Source of the DNA: Felis catus
Taxonomy: Eukaryota
Length of the DNA: 64,000 nt
Direction of reading: 5' to 3'
NCBI RefSeq assembly: GCF_018350175.1
Contig: NC_058368.1
Coordinates: 117,368,001-117,432,000 of the forward strand
In this document: positions 32,201 through 44,100 of the stretch, piece by piece
How positions within the stretch are numbered: position 1 is the first letter of the stretch
Layout of the letters: each line of letters begins with the position of its first letter
Translations under genes and position numbers: made by a program
Notes under the pieces: model-generated
The model's input: the letters and a program-made list of their open reading frames with translations, nothing else
Databases searched by the model: none
Told to the model about the DNA's origin: nothing

Positions 32201-35200
32201 ACTTCTTTGTACTTCTCCAGGCGCTGATTCTTCTGTGGTAACTCTGGGATGGAAAGGGGAAGGGGTGGAGATGATCTGGGAAGGGAACGTGGAGGGATTT
32301 TTGAAGAAACAAACCTAGGGTGGATGTGCCTCTGCCCCCTTCCCACCTTGACCTAAGCTGAGTCCTTGAGTGATCCTGAGGGGTGGGGAGGAAGTACTGG
32401 GGAGGATGGCTGCCCAATCCCACAAAACAGCCTCAGGGATTCAAGGGGGTGTGTGTGTGGGGGGGGGTGGAGTTCCTGGTTGTCCCTTGGCTATCTGTGA
32501 AGAGTTTTTAGGGACCTTGGGAGTACCAGCAGCCTCCCTCCAGCGGGGCAACAACCGTGCACAGGTCACAGGGTCATCGAGCTCTCGAAAGAAGCGTTTT
32601 AGCGTATCGGTGACATCCTCCACGAAGTGCTCCCCTGGCCGGAGCTTCACTGACCGGGCATCCCGCCGGAACTCAGCAAGGAGCCGAAGGCTACGGGCGC
32701 GGGCACCCCCTTTCCGGTATATGCCCTCCAGCTGGAGCCCTGAGAACAGCCAGCATCTCTGCTCACCACTGCCCAAGACCCACCCACCCACCTGGTATCC
32801 AGTATCTGTGACCTACCCCCACCACCCCCCCTGACATGCTGTAGGGCTATTGGGGTAAATGGGCCAGAGAGGAGGAAGTCTGCCTCCATGGTCTTGACTC
32901 TCAAGACCCTGCTCAAGTACTCCTGCTCAGAAGGTCCTTCCCTAACCATGATATTACACAGAGTCCCCATCACTCACTATTTTGGTTTTGAAATAGCACT
33001 TTCAAATCATATTACAGTCAATCCTCACTATTCAGATTCAATATTGTGAATTTATCTACTTGCTAAAATTTATTTGAAACTCCCAAACCAGTGCTTGTGG
33101 CACTTTCCCAGTCATTTGTGAACATGCGCAGAGCAGAGATGAATTTGGGTTGCCTATTGGACACATTCCCAGCTAAGCTCTCATATGGTAAACAAGTGTA
33201 GTCTTCATGGTATATATAGAACCACATTTTTTCATTCTTGTGCTTTTTTTCTTTGGGTAGTTTCACTATTTGAAATGGCCCCCAAGTGAAGTGCTAAAGT
33301 GCTGTCTAGTGTTCCTGAGTACAAGAAGGCTGTGATGTGCCTTATGGAGAAAATATGTGTGTCAGATAGGCTTTCCTTATGCATGAGTTACAGTGCTGCT
33401 GGCTGTGAATTCAAAGTTAACAGATCACAAATACATATTAAAGCAAGTATCTTTAAACAGAAACACACTTAAAGTTACATATTGATGGATCAGTTGATGA
33501 GAATGTGACCAGAGCTTCCCAGGAACCCAACCCTGTATTTCCACTGGGGCAACCATTTAGTATTCATTCATTCAATGTTTGCAATAACTTCATAGAACAA
33601 AACTACCATGAATAATGAGAACTGACTGTATTTTTCTTACTTATTACCCAGTTCTCCCACTAGTCTCTGAGCATCATAGAACTTTCCCTTTTCACCACTA
33701 TATGTCCAGTGTCTGGCAAATGGGAGCAGCTCAGTAAACATCTGCTGAATGAAGAGCGGCAGTCCAGGAACTGTGGAGGAGTGGGTATGGGCACCCATGC
33801 TCTTTCTCCAGGGCTTTCACTGGACTGCTGACTTAATCCCTCCTTTGAACATGAGGAAGACTGAGAACAGGATGGGATCTAGTGAGCAGGCAAAGTCAGT
33901 GCATGAGGCTACTACCAAAGTGTGGAGAATGTCATTAGCCACTCACTATCCATTGTCAATGTTGTAAGCACAACTATTTGTAGTTAATGGATGTGCCTTT
34001 CCCCCCTTTATTGCCTTCCTTAGTTTTCCATGAAGTTTCCTTCTCAAGAGTCCTGCCTTCTAGGGGCACCTGGGTGGCTCAGTCAGTTAAGTGTCCGACC
34101 TTGCCTCAGGTCATGATCTCATGGTTCATGGGTTCGAGCCCAAATTGAATTGAAGCAGAATCTGAGCCTGCTTCAGATTCTGTCTCTCTCCATCTCTGCC
34201 CCTCCCCCACTCATGTTCTGTCTCTCTCATCAAAAATAAATAAACGTTAAAAAAATTAAAAAAAAAAAAAGAGTCCTGCCTTCTAAAGGGGGTTCGTCAA
34301 GGAGCTAGATTCTACTTGGTGCCTCCTTGGGCTGGAGAATAAAGCAGAGGCCAAAAGTCACAGAGAATTCTGGGAGCCACTCGCACAGCTGAGCCTTTAT
34401 GCCTGGAAAAACTCCCACACAGAATAAATCTGCTCAGACCTTCAAGGATTTTGCTGCACAGCTTGGCTCTTGCCTTACAGCTGCCCCCTCTTTGTTCTTT
34501 ATGGCTCTCCATCTCCAGTCACATTTCAGTGCTGCTCTGCTCCCCTTCCACGCCCACGGCCCACTAACAGCTACCTTGGAACACTTACTACCTGCCAGAT
34601 GCTGTGCTAAATGCTTTACATATGTTCTCTTACTATCACAACTATCCTAGAAAACGAGGACTGTTAGTAGCCCCATTCTACCAATGGGGGAACTGAGGCT
34701 CAGAAAGGTAAAGAAGCTTGCCAAGGATCATACAGCAGGTTGTTGTTAGGCTGCAATCTCTGGAGGCAAAGCTTCTGTAGGCAGATCACAACTTCTGGCT
34801 GTTCCTATGTCCCCCATCCCCTACTGGCTCAGTATTGGCCAGTACCCACTCACCATGCTGGGTGACAAAACTGATGCAGGCATCCACGATGATGGGGATG
34901 TCACCCCGGCTCATCTGCTGCTCTTGCAGCCCTGTGCCGCCCCCGCCAGCGGCCCCCTCAATGGCCGTGGTCCATGCTGAGAAATCCAGCCGGCCCTCCC
35001 CCTGCAGATACAGGGTCCTGAGACCCAAGAGGCCTGAGTCAGAGCCAGCTCCTGAGGGTCCTTTAAACTAAGAGGCCCATGATTACAAGGCCCAGCCTTC
35101 CAAGAACCACCAGCAGGGGGCAGCAAAATTCAACCCAGATAGAGCCCCTGAACTAGGCAATGTAATTTGAGGAAGTGGGTAGTGGTCCAGCAGACCAGGG

Positions 35201-38200
35201 TGGAGGGCAGAGCAGGGCGGGCTCTAGAAAGAGGGATCCAGGGTCAAGGATAAGGGCAACACTTACCTTCCTGTTTCCACCAGGACCAAATGCTCCTTCT
35301 TGTCTGGGGTGTCAGCTGCTGAAACCACACCTGGGAGGAGAACCATGAGACAGTATCATGACTGTCTTCATCATAGTGACTAATATTTACTAAGTATTTA
35401 AGGTATGTAGGTGCCAGACTAGGAGCCCTACAAACAATGCTGTATTAAATCCTGTAAGTTACATACTATTATCCCCATTTTACAGGTGACACATTAATGC
35501 TCAGAGAGGTTAAGCTGCTTGTCTCATTACTTGTTATAAAATGGCAAAGCTGAGCTGGAACTCAGGTCTCTTGTCTCCAAAGCCCTCTGATATTATCCCA
35601 TACTGTTCTCTTTGAGGAAGTGAGAATACCCAGTCCCCTCTCCCAGTCTCCAACCAGCAAATGATTCCAAATAACAGTAACAGTAACAGTAACATTTATA
35701 ACATGTAACATTTATTAAACACCTATAAGATAGGTCCTACCAGGCTCTGTGATAAGTGTTTTACATGCATTGCCTTATTTGAAACTACAACTGTTTCATT
35801 GTGCCTACTGTAAAGAGGAGGAAACTAAGGCACAGAAATGTTAAGCAACCCGTCCAAGATCACACAGCTAGAAAGTGACAGAGGTGGAGGTCTGTATCTG
35901 GGCAGTCTGACTCCAAAGCTTGTGCCTGAATACACTATGTTCTGCTGTTTCCCCTAGGGATCCCCAAATAGATGAAGGTCCACTCTCCCTTACCCCATGG
36001 CCACCTTTCATCCCTGTCCCCGCCCCTGCTCACTGATTTCCTGGAGCCGCCGCAGATGCACCATGTCCTCAGGGGCTGGAGAGCCAGGGCCCGGTGCTGG
36101 ACACAGGAAGAGGTGGTCACCACGAAGAAGTCCAAACCCTGACAGCCAGAGGCCAGGGGCCAGGGCTGAATGGGTGGGAGAGCGTAGCCACAGGCGGCCC
36201 AGCCGCAGCAGCCCAGGGCCCAGCAGCTGGTGACAGCTCAGCGGGGAGAACCACTGTGAGTCAAGAGGAAGACATGGGGAACAAGGAAGATGGGGAAAGA
36301 GATAACAGGTGGAGAGAAATAAGAGTGAGAAGGATGGGAAAGACACGAAGAGAGAGCAGAAGAAAGACCGGAATGAAAAGCGATGGGGAGAGAACAAAAG
36401 AAAGATACAAGAACACAGGAGATGGATGGAGAAAGACAGGAAAGAAATTCAGTTCAATTTAATTTGCTCCAGCCAACACAGAGAAGATATTCTGTGTGGC
36501 AGCCTTATGCCCTTAAATGTAAGGGTAAGGGATGTAAGGGATGTAAGGGTAAGAAAGAATGGGCAGACAAAATGCTCCAAGTGAAGAGTCACGATGCCCT
36601 GGGAAATCCCACCACCCTAAGGGGTCAGGGGAGGATTCGTGAAGAAATAAATGTTGGAGATGGTCTGCAAAATGGTGCTTCTCCAGCTACCTGTGGTGAT
36701 GAAACAAGGAGTTCTTTTCTTTTTTTTTGTTCAAAATTCCAATCTGTTACTAATAGTACTTTTGTAAAAAACAATAAAAAATGAACTACTACAAAAGTAA
36801 ACTGAAAAAAGAAATACACAATATAAGCCCTCCCTTTTAAAAAGTAGATTCTAGGGGCGCCTGGGTGGCGCAGTCGGTTAAGCGTCCGACTTCAGCCAGG
36901 TCACGATCTCGCGGTCCGCGAGTTCGAGCCCCGTGTCAGGCTCTGGGCTGATGGCTCAGAGCCTGGAGCCTGTTTCCGATTCTGTGTCTCCCTCTCTCTC
37001 TGCCCCTCCCCTGTTCATGCTCTGTCTCTCTCTGTCCCAAAAATAAATAAACGTTGAAAAAAAAATTTAAAAAAAATAAAAAATAAAAAGTAGATTCTAC
37101 ACATAAAATCACTCTGTGACATTCCGATGAATGTTTGAGCATTTCCCACAGAGGAGTGTCACATCCTGCAGGGCTGACCTGGTGAGGCCAGAAGGAGGCC
37201 CTTGGACTTTGGTAATGGGAAGTCACTAACCACCCCCGCAGAGTAGCAGCTCATAAGTCTGGCAGAGGAGGGCAGCCATCAGGGTTAAGGAGGAAGGGCA
37301 TGCTTGCTAGGGCACACGACTATTCTGAGGGGTTGTCAGGAGGGCACCAGGGTGATAAGAAGCTGAAGGTGGAGCAGGACTGAGGGAAAAAACGGTTAAG
37401 GACGGGAGCGATTGGAGCAGTGGGCATCGTCATCACCATTACTATTTCAACACCCACAGATGGAGGGCCTGCTGTGTGCCAAGCAGCGCAGGTCTCACAT
37501 GTCACTTAATCCTCAACGCCAAGGGGAGCATCTTTTAGACCCACTCTATCTGTATGGAAAAGCTCACAAGGCTGAGATCAGATCCCAGGATATCTGACTT
37601 TAGGGCCCGAACTTTTTTTTTTAATATTCATTTATTTTTGAAAGAGCGCAAGTTGGGGAGGGGCAGAGAGAGGGAGACAGAGGGTCCAAAGGGGGCTCTG
37701 CACTGACAGCAGCGAGCTCAATGTGAGGCTCAAACTCATGAATGGAGACAGATCATGACCCAAGCCAAAGTCAATGCTCAACTGACTGAGCCACCCACGA
37801 ACCCCTAGGGCCCGAACTTTTAATTGCAGGGAGAGGGTGCAGGACAGAGAGACCAGCTTGCCTGGGAATGGAGACGCTGGGTCTCATAAAGGCAGCCTCA
37901 CCTGTGCACTGGGAGAACTTGGGGAAGGGGGAAGTGGGAGTTAGAGGCAGCCGTTCCTTGGGAAGAAGGCCTGCGCAATGAGGTTCAAGCCATGAGCTTT
38001 GGAGACCAAGGCCTGTTTTCAATCCTGGGCTCTGCTGCCTCCTAGCTCTGTGACCTTGATCAAGTGACTTCATAACCTGTGTAACTCTGTTTCCCTGTAT
38101 GTGAAATACTGATAATCCTTTCCTCTCAGGGTTGTTGTGAAAGTTAAATGAGCTATTGAGTGGGCAGTGCCTAACACTGGTCCTAGCACAGCTGTTAATG

Positions 38201-41129
38201 AAGGTGGATGTGGTAGGGGTGGCTGTAGGAACAGGAGAGGGCAGGATGGGGACAGCTGGGGACAGGGAAACCATGGGCTGTTAGGGAGGAGGTCTCGGCT
38301 GGCTCACCTTGCCCACAGCACTGGTCCAGGCCTCCAGACTGTCAGCTCCATCTGTGCCAAAATGCTGGATCCTCCCCCCAGTGAGGATGAGCTCAAAGGA
38401 AAAGGGGAATCTAGAAAGAAAGTGAGGTTAAGGAGGAGAATGGGGACCAAGAGGGGCTGGCAGGCTCAGGATCACAAAGGGCAAAGGGGGAGTGCAGGGA
38501 GCATGGGGTGTAGTTACCTGTCAAGGGGTGTGGTTACCTGTCAAGGTCACTTGGGTCAGTGGGTGGGGGACTCACACCCAGACATACAACATCTTGGGGC
38601 TGGATGAGGCTGAGGGGTTCAGGGCTGCTTTCTGACACAAACATTTCCAGAGCTGCTCTCAGCACGCACCACATTCGGGGGGGAGCTAAGGGGGAGGCTG
38701 ATGGTCAGCAGGCAGAAGATGTCTGTCTCTACCGTCATAATTCCCATTTCCCATACTTATTCTTTCTCTGCCAAACCCTCTGCCTGTGTATGATCTCACG
38801 TAATCTTTACAACAACACTATGAGGTGGGTATCATCTTCAGTCCTCTTTGCAGGTAGGGAAACTGAGGCCCAGAGTTTGAGTAGTTTGCCCAAGTCACAT
38901 TAGTAGGAAGTAGCAGAGCTGGGATTTGGCCCAGGCAGTCTGACTTCACAGCACACGCTCTCATCTATCACCCAGTGCTGCCACCAGGCATGGTCCCTCT
39001 CTTACTCCCAGCACCTAGTCCACTCCAGGGTGTGGCCCTACTTGCCCTTCCCACCCCTCTGCGGTACACCTTGCTCATCCCAGTTTCTGCCCCATCTCCC
39101 CCCACCCTCGGCTCGCCTCTCACCATCCCGGCCCCTGCGAGGAGGTGGGGGTCCAGCTTTGTTGCTGATGGGACCACAGTACAGGAAGCTGCTGTAAGTG
39201 GCAGGTACCACCACCTCATTGTACACGCCAGGGGAAGGGTCTGCAAGGGGAAGGAGAAGTGGTCAGTTCAGTGCAGTGCAATGGGATGGCCTGAGTCATC
39301 AGGAAAAGGATCAGACTGAGGAAGACAGTGGGACCCAACTCCACTGGCAGCATGGCCAAGTCGAGCCCAGTGGGGCTGGATCCCTTACTACCCAGATTAG
39401 TAAAGATGGTAGTAGGAAGCAAGACACCAGCCCTTGGCCACTGCCTCTCCCAACCAGCCATCCATTCACCCAGTCAGCCCAGGAGAGAAGCATCATTAGA
39501 TGACCGTTTCTTTGATCAGACTTCCCCAGGGAGATGAGATCTCCTTTATGGGTTGACCTTGTCAGGGGTTCACCAGCACTAACACCTCAAACATCCAGAT
39601 CCATTCCAGGCAGTGGCTGCCATTGATCATTTCATGACTTCAGGATATAGGACCCAGAGGATCTAGAAGGTTGGGAAACTACCCAAACTGGGCCATTGTG
39701 ATGGAATGAGTAAAAGGGTACACGGGGCTCCCTGGAACAATCAAGGCATGGGTCAGGGTTGAGAATTCTTAGGGGATGAGAAAGGAGGTCCTTCTGAGGA
39801 TTACCTGGGAGCAGGAGACCAGAGAAGCTGCCATCAGGTGCTGAGGGGGACCAGGACTCCTCGCCCTCAGAGGCCTCAACACAGAGGAGCTGGGTCATGT
39901 TCTTCAGCAGGTTGGGTCCTGTCACAGCTGCACACAGTGCCTACAGAAGGGGAAGGGCCTCTGTCAGCCCCAAGACCCAACCTGACAGTGTGGGGACAGT
40001 CCTCCAGTCATCAGAAACAGCCCCAACCCCACGCCAAGTCTAGGCATTTCAACTCAGAGACTGCCCTCCTCCATCAGCCCCAACCTGTCCCTCCTACCTG
40101 GAGAAGCTGGCCATGATCTAGATACTGAGGGTGGGGCTTCCGGAAGAGACCCAGTCGGTACTTCCGGGAAATGAACTCTCCCCGGGGGCCAGGGCTTGTA
40201 TCTGGATGCAGCCCCTCACCTGGGGGTAATGCCCCTGCCCAGAAGCGGTTGGCACGATCATTTCCCAGGACAATGAACAACTGTAGGATGACAAAGGGCA
40301 GAGGCAACTGACAGGAACTTGAGTCGTCAGACATTTCAATCCTGCCCTCAAGCTGGGCCCACAGCCTTTTATGGATGCTTTTCTTCCATCTTCCCCACTT
40401 TTTCCCTCTTCAGACTCCTCACCTGTACTATCTCATTACTCCACACACTTGTGTCCAGCTTCAGGCTCTGTACTTTGGAGATCCCAGAACCCAGGGCCCG
40501 GTGCTGACCTGTTAGGGTATGAAGGGTATGTGGCATAGATACCCAGAATCTCCAGCCTCAGCCCCCGCTCCCTCTCCCTGTTTTAGCTAAAGGCCCCAGC
40601 CCTCACCTGCACACTGCTTGCAGATGACCACCCCCAGGTTGACAGCAGCCCAGTCTGGGCGGGAGGCGCCACAGTCCGCACAGTGCCGGTTTGCCCGATT
40701 GGACCAGATTTTCTCAGCCACCTCGTAGTCAGACAGGGTCTCGGTTACTGCTTCCTGCAGAGCGGCCGCCCAGCTCTGCCGAGCACCCCCAGACTCGGCT
40801 GTGAAGCTGAGGGGTGGACAGCCAGTCTGTGGGCATGGATACCCCCTCCTACCTGTCCCATCTCACTAGCCATTCCTGCAGGAAGCCCTGCAGGCCACTT
40901 CTGGGCCAGCCCAGACCCTCCTGAGACCTTGACCCTGATCACTGGAATTCCATCAGTGCACACCCACTGACATCCTACTGAAGAGGTCTCCAGTCCTCTA
41001 CCTGCCCTGGGTCTCCTTCAAAAGTCTCTCCCCCAGGGGTGCCTGGGTGGCTCAGTCTGTTAAGTGTCTGTCTTTGCTCAGGTCATGACCTCCCTGTTTG
41101 TGGGTTCAAGAGTGCAGAGCCTGCTTGGG

Positions 41130-41166
<37 letters not shown>

Positions 41167-44100
41167 GCCCCTCCCCCCACTCACACTTTCTCTCCCTCCC
41201 CCCCCCCACCCTTTCTCTCTCTCTCTCAAAATAAATAATAAACTTAAAAAAAAAAAGTCTCTCCCCCATCCCTGCCTCCTGCCAGTCTGGGCCCCACCTG
41301 AAGCAGCGATGGGGCGTGAGCAGATCAAAACTGCGACTCTTGGTCTCCCTGACGCTGCATCCTTGCAGTTCAATGAAGCAGATCCCGATGCCGGAAGAAA
41401 AGGCCTGGTGGGATTGTGGGGGTTGGAACAGGTTCAATGAGGCACCAGAATGGGCTAGGCCAGGCTCCTTGGCCTCGGCCAGGCCCTTCTCACCTGCTCA
41501 CTCTTGTACAGGGCAAGCTCTCCAGGGCTCAAAGCAGCAAAAACCTTGGCCTTGTGTCCACGAAGTTCTAGCATGCCTGTGCGGAGGGGTCGGGGTGGCT
41601 GAGGGGGCCGGGGATGGCCCAGGAGGCGCTGCTCCCTCAGGCAGGATTGCAGTGTGGAGCACCATGTGTCCCGCTGGGCTGGTGGGGGACAGAGAAGCAG
41701 GTTAGCCAGCAGCTGTGTGCTCACATGGCTTCCCTGCCCCCCACCCTGACACAGTAGGGCCCTGCTTCTCACCCTCGCTCTCTGTGCGAAACACAAACAC
41801 CCTCTGGCCAGTGATGACCTGGAACTTGTTATCCTTGCTGCTGCGGGTCATCTCAATGGCAGTCAGAGGGATCACACCCTTGGGGAAGGGATCCTGGAGA
41901 GACAGCCCAGTGACCCAAAGGGACAGCAACTCAACCATGTGTGCTGACCCTGGGGCCAGCGCCAACTTTTAATGAGATCGGCATTCATTCCACAAGCAGT
42001 GGGGTACAGCTGCTAACCTAGCTACTTTAGATGCTGACATCAGTCGTGTGGTGACCGCCCCCCGCCCCCGACCTGGGCTTCCCATCTTCCAGTGCGAGCC
42101 TTTCTCAACCCTCCCCTTCCCTTTCTCTTTCCCTAGGCCCAACATAGCATCTCCCAGACCCCCACCTTATCATTGCCAAAGTACATCAGACTCCTGCCGT
42201 TGAACTGCACAAAGCGCCTCTGGAAAACGTAGTTTCTGGGGAAGGCAGGGGCCAAGATGAGTGAGTGGTGGAGGCTGTATCCTGAGGGTTCCTAGGGTCT
42301 GGGAGTACCTGGGACCCGACCCACCACCACCACCCAGCCTCCCTCTTCCCTCTTCTCCCTCCCTACCCTCCCTTTCCCTCCCCAGTAGCCCCACCCCTGA
42401 GGGGAGAGCTTGTCTAGCCAGCCGCTGAGCAGGGGCGTGGGGCGGTCTGCTGTGGATGAGAAGCTGGCATAGGGTGAAATGAGGTCATCATTCATCTCCA
42501 TGTCCAGGGTGGGCAGTGAGAGGGTAGAATCTCCAGGCAGCTCAAGGCTAGCATAGCCAGCATCCTCCCGTGCTTCCAGATCCTGCCTGCTGAGCCTTAT
42601 GTGGGGCAAGAGAGAACATATATTAGACCCAGGTCCCTAGACACCCCCACCCACAGCACTTCGTAGAATGTTTGGAAGGTACTGGATCACTTTTCAAACA
42701 GGGAAATGGGGATGTTGGGAACCCAAAAGATTATCATAGAGCCTTTTCCCTGAGCACACTTGGATTTTTTCCTGGAAAAATTTCAGTCCCTCTCCTTTGC
42801 CGTTAGTATTACTTGGTAGAAAAGTTGGGGAAAGGCTGTGTAGCTGGCTTTCTGCCACAGTTGCCGATAGCTAATCAATAAGTCTTTCTGGTTCTCTCTC
42901 CAAAAAGTGCTTGACTTTCTCTCCCTGGACCAAATTCCCATGAGTTCTCACCAGGGTGATATGAATTACCTAACTGGTCACTTGCTTCCACTCCTGCCCT
43001 CCCTTGGACCTCACTTTCCATCACTACCAGAGCACTCCTTTAAAAATGCAAATGACCCTCTCTCTGCTCCTCCCCTGCTCACGGTCTGTCTGTCTGTCTC
43101 TCTCTCAAAAATAAATAAACATTAAAAAAAAAAATAAAAAAAAAATGGGTGCCACATGGCTGGCTCAGTTGGTTAAGCGTCCAACTTCAGCTCCCGTCAT
43201 GATCTCACAGTTTGTGAATTTGAGCCCCGCGTTGGGCTCTGTGCTGACAGCTCAGAGCCTGGAGCCTGCTTCAGATTCTGTGTCTCCCTCTCTCTCTGCT
43301 CCTCCCCCGTTCATGCTCTGTCTCTGTCTCTCTCTCAAAAATAAACATTAAAAAAAAATTTAATGCAAATGAGATCATTTCACTATCCTCCACCACCCCT
43401 TCCCTCAATGAAATCCTGCATAACTTCTCATTTGCAGTTGGGATAAATCCAAATCCCTTAACATGGGCTGTAAGACCTTGTACAATGAGACCCACACCCA
43501 ATCCCCTGACCTCCTTTTATATCACCCTTGCCTTTGCTTACTACAGTTTAGCCACCTTCTCTTCCTCTTTCAGAGTCTTTGCACATGCTGTTCCTTCTGC
43601 CCAGAACATGCTTCCCTGGGCTGCTTTATCTCAGCCCTTAGGTCTTTGCTTATGCCATCTTCTCAGGAAGTCCTCTATTATTCTCTGTCACTTTCCAGGA
43701 GTCCTTAATGTCAGTAGCACAAAGTCACTTGGGAAACCTTAAAATACCAGTATATGGCCCCCATCCTAGACATTTAAGTTTGATCATCTGGGAGTGGGCT
43801 CATGAATGTTTATTTCTAAAAGTTCCCCAGTCTGGGTTGCCTGGGTAGCTCAGTTCGTTAAGTGTCTGACTTGGGCTCAGATCATGATCTCCATTTTGGT
43901 TCGTGAGTTGGAGCCCCACATAGGGATCTGTGCTGGTGGTGCAGAATCTGCTTGGGATTCTCTCTCTGCCCCTTCCCCACTTGTGTGCTCTCTCTCTCTC
44001 TCTCTCTCTCAAAATCAATAAACTAAAAAAAAAAAAAAAAAAAAAAGTTCCCCAGACTATAGTGCAGCTAAGGTTGAAAACCATTACTCTACCCTATTTG

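Noticed and set aside
36518..36553. Short (GTAAGGGAT)n repeat resembling multiple GTAAG donors
   Set aside because: It lies on the strand opposite ARAP3 transcription and no plus-strand exon is evident. Simple slippage repeat.
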